Below are positions 46,401 through 56,013 of a stretch of 64,000 nucleotides of DNA, in pieces. The stretch is from a virus (taxonomy: Duplodnaviria > Heunggongvirae > Uroviricota > Caudoviricetes): the IMG/VR virus record IMGVR_UViG_3300028887_000001, positions 92,088 to 156,087 of that record; one strand, written 5' to 3'. Every line of letters starts with the position of its first letter. Position 1 is the stretch's first letter. The translations under genes and the position numbers were made by a program. Under the pieces are notes generated by a model. It worked only from the letters and a program-made list of their open reading frames with translations. It was not told the origin of the DNA and searched no databases.

Positions 46401-46438
46401 ATATCATCACATGTATCTCTTCTTCTTTCCAGTCCCAT
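43409..46438 (-). CDS. tandem LRR-like protein with C-terminal lectin-like domain
   Basis: MGLERRRD start; two capped LRR units each ending GIPTGW; 1009 aa. Confidence 0.85.
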   Translation of the reverse strand: MGLERRRDTCDDIYFHYLNQYLTFEALDSGTFTLTIGSGVSTSLLTSVSYSIDSGETWTTTNNTDNTQVVITTPTIAQGHNVLWKGIGVSMANSQLVFGTAAANRLPLVSNFTSSGRYSISGNIMSLLYGDNFLANKEFANGSSHNFALLFYKGSADSKLVSAKNMIFPARKCPDYAYFRIFQMNSGLEYSPVISATEVHSYGCGNLFYKCSSLKTSPNQLANNLVGSANYMYAFYGCTSLPKAPELPANSVPSSGYAFTFCGCTSLTEAPELPATNVSNASCYNMFNGCTSLTKAPDFQEAILGASCYRQMFSGCTSLAAPPELPATMLANYCYYDMFYGCTSLTKAPDLPAIVIPSYAYYEMFGECTSLTSMPNISGQTLSSACYCAMFYLCTSLVNTTPLNVENLAYACYSYMFMDCTSLTDAPALPSTTLGVWCYGHMFEGCTSLVNAPLLPAKKLVSSCYRTMFAGCTNLRYVKCLAEDLGQSESSNPLLSWMTNVPSGGTFYKMNGVTWPSGANGIPTGWNVVEINGYDEQYLTFKALESGTFTLTIPSELTTTSLSSVSYSVDNGNTWVTTNNVNNSEIVITTPVVSQGYKILWKGSGTQYANSSVYSRFTSTAAFDVYGNSLSLFRGDNFIGYTSIGSGGRVDYYLKALFYNNTNLVNAERLILPTNYGLSCMASMFELCTNLISAPDIPSSSVYQSSQDSMFKGCTSLTKAPDLLSSSIGARSYYSMFSGCTSLNYVKCLATSRSTNNPIAAWLAYVSPTGTFVKAQGATDWPSGGSGIPTGWTVINDSSNGINEYSYIQNGLVFQLDGINRGTTDLTKWVDLIGNQEYVTISGDNATWGEDHLITPCEMYVADNEVIKTSGSTFEIVFYESTGSVNTILYINRNTSSTLGFGFGRYSTNYLLTNNANYRLTIPLTTAPFGNTYCFSYNGDSLLVVNGQRITNTGTVDYYLNNTNNTRVAQRGNGGRLYCIRKYNRKLTEEEMVFNQQIDNQRFNLGLNI

Positions 46439-46449
46439 AATTATTAATT

Positions 46450-49400
46450 CTAAGAGCTAATATCTGTTACATCAATTCTAATTGCTGCAAGAACCCAAGT
46501 GTTTCCGTTATATATTGCATTAATTTCATATGTTGTGTTTGCATCAATTGAGAATCCCTCATTTGCATATATGTTTGGTCTTATACCACTAATCGGGCTT
46601 GCTTCAAATGATACTAACGGGTTTGAACCAGTTGTAAAATTGAATATAACTTGGTTAATATGGCTTGTATCACCCACACTTGGTAATGTTATTGCAAGGG
46701 TTGTTACAACATCATCAAAATGATAATAAGAATTTTCTTCACTGTTTAAGGTTGTTCCACTTGCCTCAATAACTTCGAGTTTCTTTTGTGACTTTGTTGT
46801 TCCGCTTCCCAATATTTCATCAAGAACATCCTCAATATCGCCAATAAGTTCATCAACACCAATGTTTTCTCTTGCTTGTGCCTGTTGTTCTGGTGTTAAT
46901 GTTTGTTCCAAAATTGAAACACTTTGTGTCTGTGGGTCATAGTCTGGAGTGCTTGCTGTTGATTGTGTGTTCTCATGGGCAACCATATCAGACAATATGT
47001 CATACAGGCATTTTGCAGATGGATATTGTGTGTCAGTACTTCCGCTTGAAATTGAAGTTATTTTATTTGATGTGTCCTCTTTTCCACTAATATCATTTGG
47101 GGTTGCATAATATTCAGTCCATTCACCCCATGCTCCTCTTGAGAATAGTCTATAGCAAATCCCACCTTGGTATATTAAAATTTCTTTACTTTGACTTCCA
47201 ACATATGTTTGTATTAAAATACCTTTCTGATTTCCCAACTCAACCTTATAGATTCCATCTTGGTTCACGTCAATTGTTGATATGTCCGTGTCGTTTGTTT
47301 GGGCTATACCATCAAATGATATTCCAGATAGTGTTGTTAAAGACGATTCAACGTCTCCTGAGTAGGAGATTAAAGAAGACGTTAGATTTGTCAATACACC
47401 ACCAGCATAATTTGCAAGACCATGCAATTTTGAAATTGACGTTTCAAAAGTATCACCAACAGCCGGAACAGAATTATCAGTTGCTGCTACATAACTTGAA
47501 CTTAATGCAGAAGGCGGTGTGACATTGCTTGATATTGTTATGACACCATTCTTAGCCTTAACAGTTGTACCACCGGCCCCACTAATTTGTATGCCACCTG
47601 ATTTTGCACTATTTTCGATGATGTTAACGTATGGGTCAGCAACATCACTGGTTGCATTTGTCGTTGCCGTTTGCACACCAACAACTGGAATTGCCGTATA
47701 GTGTGTATCCTGTGGTGTTTTAAACGTACAATTACTTTGTCCGACTGTTAGCTTATAGGTTGCATTAGCTTGTAAATTCACCTGTGGGTTATCAGTGGTC
47801 CCAGTTATAGTAACTGCATGTGTATGACCACTTCCAGCAAAGTATTCTTCTGGCTTTGAAGCTGCCGTACCAAGTGTTGGCTTGTTCTTAATATAGTCCG
47901 GTTGGGTTGTACCAGTTTGTGTCCAGTTTGCCTGTGTTTGTGCAGTCAAATATGTATTTGAGTCTAATGAACCATCACCCTTCACAAATTGTGAAGATGT
48001 TCCTCCACTTGTAATGAATTTTTTGGCTTTTACTTCACCATTAACCTCCAATTTTGTACTTGGATTCATGGTTCCAATTCCGACATTACCAAATCCATTT
48101 TGTAAAACAAGGGGTCTATGGTCTTGTGATTTTGCTGAATTTGAAACAAAAATTTCACAATAATCAACAGTTGCGGTTTTACTTGTTATGAAAATATTTG
48201 CAACAGTTGAAGTGCCCTTAGAAACATCTAAAAATGAATTTATCTTACCAGTATCATCAATTGTTACTGTGCTATTTTGTATTGCGCCACCAGTCCCATC
48301 AAACCTGACGACAGCATTATCAGTTGATGTTACCTTGTCTATCTTTGTTGCTAATTGCCCAGATACGGCAGATTGAGCGCGTTGGTTTGTAAAATAAAGG
48401 TTTGTACTTCCTTCTGGTACATTATCAGTAGTTCCTGGGCTTGCAACGATTTCAGAATATGCGCTTCCACCCCACCTATATGATTTATTGTTATCACCTA
48501 AGTCTATGTATATCTTTCCACTCTCACCAGTAATGACACCTGAATATGTATTTCCTGTTTTTCCAGAATAGAATTTTCCATCACCACTATTATAATATCC
48601 CTCAACAACATCATCGACATATGATGGTAATTGTGTTGATGGCACTTTACCATTTGAGTCTAGAGTTGCAACTTTTGCACTGTTACTATACAAACAACCA
48701 TCAGCACCAACATATGCAGTGTCGTGGCTATATGTTGTTAAAGACCCGCCAGCAGTTGTTTGTGCCGTGGTTCCTATAAGGAATATTTTACTGTCTGTGT
48801 TATCAGAACATGATTCAGTTGTTGTGTCTTGACCAGGAATATCTAATGCTGTAATATCTGATTTTGTGACAGCAGTCACACCAGAAATGTGACCGTATTG
48901 TGATACACCAATTTTATAGAATCCACTTGACGGGCTTCTTGATGAACTATCACCAACATGATTTTCCCACGACGTTATTTGTGTGGCAGTAACAAACTTG
49001 TTTGTGTGGTTTGTATCATCAACCAAATCAGAAGACAATTTATTTGAACTTGTGATTGGTGCTTGGAAACTTGCCCACGTTCCACTGTTTGTTAGCGCTT
49101 TTGTCGCATCTGTGCCAAACGTAACGCTTGAACGAACAACATAACCACTTGCGTTCGTGGTTACGAGTTTCATACCACTTGCAACGGTTGTGTCGGCTGT
49201 AATTGTGCCACCACTTGTAATGTTGCCGTGTGTGTGGGCAGAAAGCGCAAAATAAGAAATATCTTTCTCCGAAGCCGTACCAAGTGTCGGTCTGTCTAAC
49301 AAATCGGTATATGTGCCGGTTTTTGCAACCTTATGAAGTTTAATCGTGCCACTAAGCGACTCTGAACTTGCCGTTGCTTGGGCTGTTGATACGTTTGTGT

Positions 49401-51159
49401 TTAATGTACCTGGTGCGGATGGTATTGTCGGTGTGCCAATCAGGTCACTATACGTACCAGTTTTTGCAACCTTATGTAAGTTAACCAAACCGGTAAGTGT
49501 CTCATCACCACTTGTTGCTTGCGCAGTTGTATTCGTTGTATTAATCCTAGGCCTGTTTGACAATGAATCGTAGGATGTTATTGCTGAGCCGCTAACAAGG
49601 TTAATCGCATCGAAAACACATTTTGCAGACGGGTATTGTGTATCTGTGCTGCCACTTGATAGATTTGTTACTTTATTCGAAACATCTTCTTTTCCGCTAA
49701 TATCATCAGAAGTTAAATAAAAATCCTGCCAGGATTGCCAAGAACTTCCTGTATATAGTCTATATTGTATTCCACCTTTGTATACAAGAATTTGTTTCAG
49801 TTGGTTGTTATCAACGCCAGTAACCAAGACACCGGTACCAATAGTAATCACCCCACGAGTTTGTTCACCGCCTTTTATGCCACCACTATTTGCACGGAAT
49901 AAAACCTTATATACACCATGGTCCAATTCATCAGCAGCAGACCAGTCGGAACCCAAAACCTCAACCACGTCATCAAATGATATTCCAGACAATACTGCCA
50001 ACGATTCGTCGACATCGCCAGAATGTGCAATTAATGAATTCGCCAATCCATGCAATTTCGAAATTGATGTTTCAAATGAGTCTCCAGTAGTAGGGGAGGA
50101 ACTGTCAGTTGCAGCCACATAAGACGAGCTTAATGCAGAAGGTGGTGTGACATCACTTGAAATTGTTACAACCCCGTTTTTGGCTTTAACACTCGTTCCA
50201 CCAGCACCACTAATTCGTATGCCACCTGATTTAGCGCTGTTCTCAATAATGTTAACATATGGGTCAGCAACATCGCTGGTTGCGTTCGTTGTGGCTGTCT
50301 GAACACCAGCAACCGGTGTTGCTGTATAGTGTGTATCTGGTGGTGTCTTAAACGTACAATTACTTTGTCCGACTGTTAGTTTATATGTTTCATTGGCCTG
50401 TAATTGTACCTGTGGGTTGTCGGTACTTGCTGTTATAGTAACTGCATGAGTGTGGCCGCTTCCAGCAAAATATTCCTCAGGTTTTGATGAAGCCGTACCA
50501 AGCGTAGGTTTGTCAAGCAAATCACCATATTTACCTGTTTTTGATATTTTATGTAAGCTAATTGCACTGCTAAATGATTCGGAACTTGCCGTAGACTGTG
50601 TTGTTGTTGCAGTTGTGGTTAACGTGCCAACAGTTGGTATTGTTGGTGTACCAATCAAATCACTGTATGTACCAGTCTTGGCAACTTTGTGCAAACTAAT
50701 TGCGTTGCTAAATGATTCAGAACTTGCAGTTGCCTGTGCGGTTGTTGCAGTTGTGGTTAACGCACCAACAGTTGGTATGGTAGGCTTGTTCAATAAGTCA
50801 TCATAACTACCAGTCTTTGATACCTTATGAAGCTTAATGGTTCCAGTTATTGTTTCATTAGAACTTGCAGTTAAGCTAGTAGTGTTATTTGTGTTTAAAA
50901 TTGGAAGATTTGAGAGGCCTGTATAAGATGAGATAACAGAACCACTAACCAAATTTATTGCATCGAAAACACACTTTGCTGATGGGTATTGTGTATGTGT
51001 GCTGCCACTGGATAGGCTTGTAACCTTATTGGTGGTTCTCTCCATAACACTAATCTTTGTCGAGAGGGTATTGCCATTACTGTCAATAACGGCATCTTCG
51101 TGTGTTATGGGATAAAATTTAACCCCAGTTATCGTATCTTTTAACCAATCAATTGTCAT
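46450..51159 (-). CDS. long repeat-rich fibre/adaptor protein
   Basis: 1569 aa; ~155-aa internal duplication, blocks shared with 34265 and 39072, shared C-terminal domain. Confidence 0.85.
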   Translation of the reverse strand: MTIDWLKDTITGVKFYPITHEDAVIDSNGNTLSTKISVMERTTNKVTSLSSGSTHTQYPSAKCVFDAINLVSGSVISSYTGLSNLPILNTNNTTSLTASSNETITGTIKLHKVSKTGSYDDLLNKPTIPTVGALTTTATTAQATASSESFSNAISLHKVAKTGTYSDLIGTPTIPTVGTLTTTATTTQSTASSESFSSAISLHKISKTGKYGDLLDKPTLGTASSKPEEYFAGSGHTHAVTITASTDNPQVQLQANETYKLTVGQSNCTFKTPPDTHYTATPVAGVQTATTNATSDVADPYVNIIENSAKSGGIRISGAGGTSVKAKNGVVTISSDVTPPSALSSSYVAATDSSSPTTGDSFETSISKLHGLANSLIAHSGDVDESLAVLSGISFDDVVEVLGSDWSAADELDHGVYKVLFRANSGGIKGGEQTRGVITIGTGVLVTGVDNNQLKQILVYKGGIQYRLYTGSSWQSWQDFYLTSDDISGKEDVSNKVTNLSSGSTDTQYPSAKCVFDAINLVSGSAITSYDSLSNRPRINTTNTTAQATSGDETLTGLVNLHKVAKTGTYSDLIGTPTIPSAPGTLNTNVSTAQATASSESLSGTIKLHKVAKTGTYTDLLDRPTLGTASEKDISYFALSAHTHGNITSGGTITADTTVASGMKLVTTNASGYVVRSSVTFGTDATKALTNSGTWASFQAPITSSNKLSSDLVDDTNHTNKFVTATQITSWENHVGDSSSRSPSSGFYKIGVSQYGHISGVTAVTKSDITALDIPGQDTTTESCSDNTDSKIFLIGTTAQTTAGGSLTTYSHDTAYVGADGCLYSNSAKVATLDSNGKVPSTQLPSYVDDVVEGYYNSGDGKFYSGKTGNTYSGVITGESGKIYIDLGDNNKSYRWGGSAYSEIVASPGTTDNVPEGSTNLYFTNQRAQSAVSGQLATKIDKVTSTDNAVVRFDGTGGAIQNSTVTIDDTGKINSFLDVSKGTSTVANIFITSKTATVDYCEIFVSNSAKSQDHRPLVLQNGFGNVGIGTMNPSTKLEVNGEVKAKKFITSGGTSSQFVKGDGSLDSNTYLTAQTQANWTQTGTTQPDYIKNKPTLGTAASKPEEYFAGSGHTHAVTITGTTDNPQVNLQANATYKLTVGQSNCTFKTPQDTHYTAIPVVGVQTATTNATSDVADPYVNIIENSAKSGGIQISGAGGTTVKAKNGVITISSNVTPPSALSSSYVAATDNSVPAVGDTFETSISKLHGLANYAGGVLTNLTSSLISYSGDVESSLTTLSGISFDGIAQTNDTDISTIDVNQDGIYKVELGNQKGILIQTYVGSQSKEILIYQGGICYRLFSRGAWGEWTEYYATPNDISGKEDTSNKITSISSGSTDTQYPSAKCLYDILSDMVAHENTQSTASTPDYDPQTQSVSILEQTLTPEQQAQARENIGVDELIGDIEDVLDEILGSGTTKSQKKLEVIEASGTTLNSEENSYYHFDDVVTTLAITLPSVGDTSHINQVIFNFTTGSNPLVSFEASPISGIRPNIYANEGFSIDANTTYEINAIYNGNTWVLAAIRIDVTDISS

Positions 51160-51397
51160 GTCTAATTATCTTCTTCTTTATAAATACATCATACAAGCAA
51201 AATTAATCATAATTTTTAGTGTTTTAACAATTGATTAATTTTAATCCGTTTCATGCCATATTATTAATCAATCTTGCACAGTAATCTGAAACATTACATC
51301 CCACACTTTCATCTGTTGTTTGATTGTAATATGCCATATTGTTTAGTTTCTCCCATTTTACTTGAGTATTAGTTTTTAAATATTATTATCAGCTAGT

Positions 51398-51997
51398 TTA
51401 ATCCATTTCACCCATTAACGCCATTGGTACTATATCAAAATCTATAGTTCCATCAGTACCTCTAAAAAATATAACAAAATTACAATATTGCCATTCACTG
51501 TCGCCACTAATGGTTTGATGAGTTGATAGTACTCCAGTATTGTCAATACTAACAGTTACACTGTAATACTCTCCATCTGTAAATGTAAGAGATGATGAAA
51601 TTAGAGAAGGAGAGTGATGCCCATCATAAGATATACCACCAGATGCTGTATGTATATCTGAAAAAGAAAGAGTATTGTAACTAACAAAAACACGAGACGC
51701 CTCACTAGACAAAGATAAAGGCTGACCGCCCCAATTACTTATAAGCCCTATACCGGCTTCTTGAAGGGTGCCATCAAAAGTGTACTGATATGAAGTATTT
51801 CCTGCCCAAATTAGCTCTCCGTTTCCAAGCATTTTATTAGTACATCTAAATCCTCCTCCACCACCACTTATTTGTCCAATTTTATTTGCATATTGGTCAA
51901 GTGGGGCATTACCAACAGTAACACCCTTTGATTCAATTGCAGCCTTAATATCATCTTTGGCTACTAATATTTCTAATGCTTTGCTTGCTACACTCAT
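51398..51997 (-). CDS. virion accessory protein with shared anchor domain
   Basis: MSVASKALEIL...IKAAIESKGV...YANKIGQISGGGG, similar to the 42983 N-terminus. Confidence 0.75.
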   Translation of the reverse strand: MSVASKALEILVAKDDIKAAIESKGVTVGNAPLDQYANKIGQISGGGGGFRCTNKMLGNGELIWAGNTSYQYTFDGTLQEAGIGLISNWGGQPLSLSSEASRVFVSYNTLSFSDIHTASGGISYDGHHSPSLISSSLTFTDGEYYSVTVSIDNTGVLSTHQTISGDSEWQYCNFVIFFRGTDGTIDFDIVPMALMGEMD

Positions 51998-52015
51998 AAT
52001 GCTTAAATTAATAAT

Positions 52016-53359
52016 TTATTTCACAACATTGCCAGCAACAAAAGGTGTTCCATTTGGGCTTGAGTAAAATTGATGACCTATTATATCGTAAAGACCAACC
52101 ACATTGTCTGGGCTTATACATGGGACAAAGTTCCTAACATCACCAATTGTCGCGCCATATATCTTACCATAGACGGAATAAGAATCGTTCATGCTTCTAA
52201 TCCATGAACTTCCTAATAGTGTAATATATGTTGATGTTGTAAATGTATCTTCTGCAACGGTCTGTTCGAAATTGCTGTTTATTTTAAATGTGTTTTTGTT
52301 TATTTCAATTTTTATCCTCTGGTTACCTGTTGCCCTTGTATATGAAGTTGATGTGGTGTTATATGTGAAATATATAGCGTTTGTGCTGAACCTATATAAA
52401 CAGACTCTTGGTGTTTCCTGGTTTACTACAGGATAACCACCAATTAAATAACTATTAACACTCGCATTCGTTGTTGGAATATAAACGTCTAATGTCATTT
52501 GAATATCGCTTGAGGCAAGAACACCAGTGTTTATATATGCATTGCTTGTGTTTTCAATGTATTCTACTTGTTTATAGCCAGCCGGTAGATAATCCCTCAT
52601 ATCATTAATTACGTTCCAACTGCTTGGGATTCCGCTACCATCACGACCCCATGTTGCGTTTACATTTTTTACAAACGTTCCGCTACTTGCAACACTATCC
52701 AACCACACCCATGTTGAATTTGATTCCCACTGTGTTGCTAAACACTTAACATAATTTAATTTGGTGCAATGCCTAAACATGTTTGAATACGAATAAGAGC
52801 CTAGAGTCAAAGATGGCATGAATGGTGTTTCTGTAAGGTTAGAACAATTTATGAACATAGATTGGCAAGAGTATAGTGCTTGTGTTGCGGAAGGTAATTC
52901 TTTTGGGGCGTGCACTAAAGAAGAACAGCCACTGAACATATTGGCATAGCAACTTGTTCTCAATGTTGTTGCAGGAAGTATGAGATTACTTGCATCAACC
53001 ACATATGTATTTCCTTTAAATAAGTTATTGAATACACTATTTGCCGTAAATGTAACCTTGCCTACAAAGTTATCTCCATATATCAAAGACATTATATTAC
53101 CATAAACTTTGAATGTACCAGTTGCCGTGAATGTGGTGTTTATTGATGACGCTGTCTTTTTCCAAAGAATTTTCTCTCCAGAGTGTAGTGTGGGAGTTGC
53201 CGTACTTGCAGCCAATGATGTCCAGGTAATTCCACCATTTAAACTATAATATGTGGAAGCCGGAATACTAAACGTAGCATCCTCTAAAGCTTCAAACGTT
53301 AAATATTGTTTTTCATATGGAACTAACTTGCATTCTCTTCTCCTATCCAGCGTAATCAT
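52016..53359 (-). CDS. LRR-like protein (RRR N-terminus) with C-terminal YxxxEY domain
   Basis: MITLDRRREC start, ~3 repeats, then GYKQVEYIENTSNAYINTG like the C-terminal domain of 36391. Confidence 0.8.
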   Translation of the reverse strand: MITLDRRRECKLVPYEKQYLTFEALEDATFSIPASTYYSLNGGITWTSLAASTATPTLHSGEKILWKKTASSINTTFTATGTFKVYGNIMSLIYGDNFVGKVTFTANSVFNNLFKGNTYVVDASNLILPATTLRTSCYANMFSGCSSLVHAPKELPSATQALYSCQSMFINCSNLTETPFMPSLTLGSYSYSNMFRHCTKLNYVKCLATQWESNSTWVWLDSVASSGTFVKNVNATWGRDGSGIPSSWNVINDMRDYLPAGYKQVEYIENTSNAYINTGVLASSDIQMTLDVYIPTTNASVNSYLIGGYPVVNQETPRVCLYRFSTNAIYFTYNTTSTSYTRATGNQRIKIEINKNTFKINSNFEQTVAEDTFTTSTYITLLGSSWIRSMNDSYSVYGKIYGATIGDVRNFVPCISPDNVVGLYDIIGHQFYSSPNGTPFVAGNVVK

Positions 53360-53363
53360 GGTT

Positions 53364-53888
53364 TCAAATTGTTGTTGAGCTTATTACGATTGCTGCAAGA
53401 ACCCAAGATTCGCCATTAAAAATTGCATTGATTTCATAAGTTGTGGATGCTTCAATGGAAAAACCGTCTTGTGCATATATGTCTGGTGTATTTCCATCGA
53501 TTTCGGTTGCTGTAAATGTTACACCAGGGCTTGAACTTGTGGTAAATGCGAATACAACACTTGTCAGGTGCGTCAAATCTGTTGGTGCTGGCAATGTTAT
53601 TGCCAGCGTTCCAACTTCATTATTAAATTTATAATAGGTACTGGTGGCAGCACTAAGCGTGGTGCCGCTTGCACTTTCGACAACAACCTTTCTTTGCAGT
53701 GGAAGTGTGTCTTCTCCAAGTACCGCATCAAGGATTTCCTCTATGTCATTGCCATAACCACCTTCAGGAGCCGTTCCTGCTGATGCCTCGTGAGACACAA
53801 CATTCTCAAGCTCCGTCTTTGTATAGAATGTCGACTTAATTTTATTCCATAGTGTGGTTAAGCCAGTATCGTCTAGATATTGAATCAT
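53364..53888 (-). CDS. short adaptor protein
   Basis: YLDDTGLTTLWNKIK N-terminus plus the C-terminal domain shared with 34265 and 46450. Confidence 0.75.
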   Translation of the reverse strand: MIQYLDDTGLTTLWNKIKSTFYTKTELENVVSHEASAGTAPEGGYGNDIEEILDAVLGEDTLPLQRKVVVESASGTTLSAATSTYYKFNNEVGTLAITLPAPTDLTHLTSVVFAFTTSSSPGVTFTATEIDGNTPDIYAQDGFSIEASTTYEINAIFNGESWVLAAIVISSTTI

Positions 53889-53939
53889 ATTGATTTTTCT
53901 CCTCTCTTAATATATAGCCCTAAATGCTTATTATTCAAG

Positions 53940-55760
53940 CTAACTTAGGGCATTAATAAACGCATCTGTTATCGCACTCATTTCACTTTCCCTAACAAAT
54001 TCAGTGGTTCCTGTACCAACAAAGTTTGTGGTTACCCAACTGCTTGTGGCATAACTTGATAAGTCAACAAAACCACCCATCACATCCCACTTGTATGATA
54101 CTGGGTTTGTGGAATCATCTTCAACACATACAACGTTTGAACCTGCTGGGTATGTTTTTGGGTTGTCCGGGTCATATTCCTTGAATCTACTATCAATAGT
54201 AAAGCTATCGGAAATGTTGTACATATCTCCAAGAGTTGCCTCAGACATTGTTATTCCAGCGAGTTGTGCAAATGTCTTTGTTCCCTTAGGTGTTACTGCG
54301 CTTGCAACTTCTGCATCAATAAGGTCAGTAATTGCCGATGTTAGGTCTGCTTGTTTGTTTGTAAGACCTGTTGGACCAAATGTTGTATTACCAACAACAA
54401 TTGACTCGATTGTATTAACCTGTGCACTATATGCAACACTAGATAATTTTTGAGCCCATTCATAAGACAATAAACCACCATGAGTTTTGGTTGCATTTGG
54501 TATTGAAATTGTTGCAAGTATTTTTGAGTCTTTAATCTGGTGTCCCTTTGAATCATAAACCACACCAACTCTGTCTACAACAGTTACTCCAGTATCTGCA
54601 CTCAATCCAGCATATGTTGTTGGCGTTGCACCTGATGTGTCTACGGTGTATAGACCACTTCCTGTTACTGGTGTGTAGTGCTCATCTGCATTGTTAACAC
54701 CAGATTTATAATAAACCTTGCCACTAATAATTGGCGCTGCCGTAAGACCGTTAGTAGATGCTGTTATGGTACTATCTGTTGAAACAAGACCAAATGTGGT
54801 GTTGGATGCTTTTCCGAGGGTCATCGTGTTAGCAGAAACACCCAAAACGTGACCCTTTGCATCTCTACCTACTGTTACAGATGTCACCACACTACCGGTT
54901 GTTGTGGTCGTTGATGTTGTCACTGATAGTGGAATTTCTGTTTCACTACCTGATATTTCGTGGTCGAAATCTGGTGTGTAGTGTCCGGCAAGTGTTGTTC
55001 CCTCTGTTGCACCGGCTTCAATACTATTCAGTTTATCCTTGTCAGCAACGGTCATTAGACCCATGCCACCACCATTTGTCTCTGTTGAACCTGAAACTCG
55101 CCCAAGAACGTATGTGTTTCCTGTTATATTAATTACGTGGCCCTTACCGTCAAGACCAAGCGAGATATCCATTGGGATGCTATAGGTTGTACCACTAGCA
55201 AATGCGCCATGAGCAGTTAATGTTATTGGTGTTGCCGTTGGGCTGTCTGGTGTGTAGTGGCCTTCATATGTTGCATGAATGTCCTGATAGTAAGGAATAC
55301 CATTTTTGATTGGTGTTGCTGTATAAGCTGAAAGTACGTTGTCTTTATTAATAGTACTTGTTGTATAAACAACACCAGATGTTGCACCATTTGCCAATCT
55401 ATTTGGTGCATAAGAACCACCACCAGCAAGCTGGTCAATCTTTTCCTTATCCTCTGCTGACATCAAACCGGCAGAACCACCGACACCCTCTGTTGATGGG
55501 GTTGCTTCCGGTATGTCGGTTCTAATCGTCACCTTACCTGTTTCACCAGAAATTACGGTATATCCAGCACCAGAGAATTGCTGATGGCTTTTTACTGAAT
55601 CATTCTGAACAAAATTTAGGTATGGGTTTAAGACTACTTGGTGAGTATCCGTCTTTCCAGTACTTGAACTTGAAACAACTATTTTCCCATCAGCCCTAAG
55701 TTTGATTTTCGCCCATAGGGTTTGTAACCCTTGTTCGTCTAAATATTTTTTTGTTGCCAT
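53940..55760 (-). CDS. fibre-like virion protein
   Basis: YLDEQGLQTLWAKIK start; G/T/S-rich with DxKGHV repeats. Confidence 0.75.
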   Translation of the reverse strand: MATKKYLDEQGLQTLWAKIKLRADGKIVVSSSSTGKTDTHQVVLNPYLNFVQNDSVKSHQQFSGAGYTVISGETGKVTIRTDIPEATPSTEGVGGSAGLMSAEDKEKIDQLAGGGSYAPNRLANGATSGVVYTTSTINKDNVLSAYTATPIKNGIPYYQDIHATYEGHYTPDSPTATPITLTAHGAFASGTTYSIPMDISLGLDGKGHVINITGNTYVLGRVSGSTETNGGGMGLMTVADKDKLNSIEAGATEGTTLAGHYTPDFDHEISGSETEIPLSVTTSTTTTTGSVVTSVTVGRDAKGHVLGVSANTMTLGKASNTTFGLVSTDSTITASTNGLTAAPIISGKVYYKSGVNNADEHYTPVTGSGLYTVDTSGATPTTYAGLSADTGVTVVDRVGVVYDSKGHQIKDSKILATISIPNATKTHGGLLSYEWAQKLSSVAYSAQVNTIESIVVGNTTFGPTGLTNKQADLTSAITDLIDAEVASAVTPKGTKTFAQLAGITMSEATLGDMYNISDSFTIDSRFKEYDPDNPKTYPAGSNVVCVEDDSTNPVSYKWDVMGGFVDLSSYATSSWVTTNFVGTGTTEFVRESEMSAITDAFINALS

Positions 55761-55784
55761 ATTTATTGAATTGTTTTTAAAAAA

Positions 55785-55976
55785 TTATGTACATATTATA
55801 TCAATATCCGCATCTGGGATTGAATTTATTGTGCAGCCACTTCCACCACCGCCTCCGTTTTGAAGATACTCAAAGACTTCCGGAAGAGTATCGATAACCC
55901 CGTTATCGGTATCCTCAAGAAGCAGGGTATTAAGTTCTTCAGCGGTTGCGTCTATTTTTTTAGCTCTTACTAACAT
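55785..55976 (-). CDS. small hypothetical protein
   Basis: 63 aa with IDTLPEV and a GGGGG linker, ending SIPDADIDII. Confidence 0.6.
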   Translation of the reverse strand: MLVRAKKIDATAEELNTLLLEDTDNGVIDTLPEVFEYLQNGGGGGSGCTINSIPDADIDIICT

Positions 55977-56013
55977 TCTTCAGTGGTTGTTTTATTATTG
56001 TTTTATTATTTAA

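Noticed and set aside
51251-51337. 28-aa ORF MAYYNQTTDESVGC... in an intergenic gap
   Set aside because: Too short, with no paralog or other supporting signal in the window.
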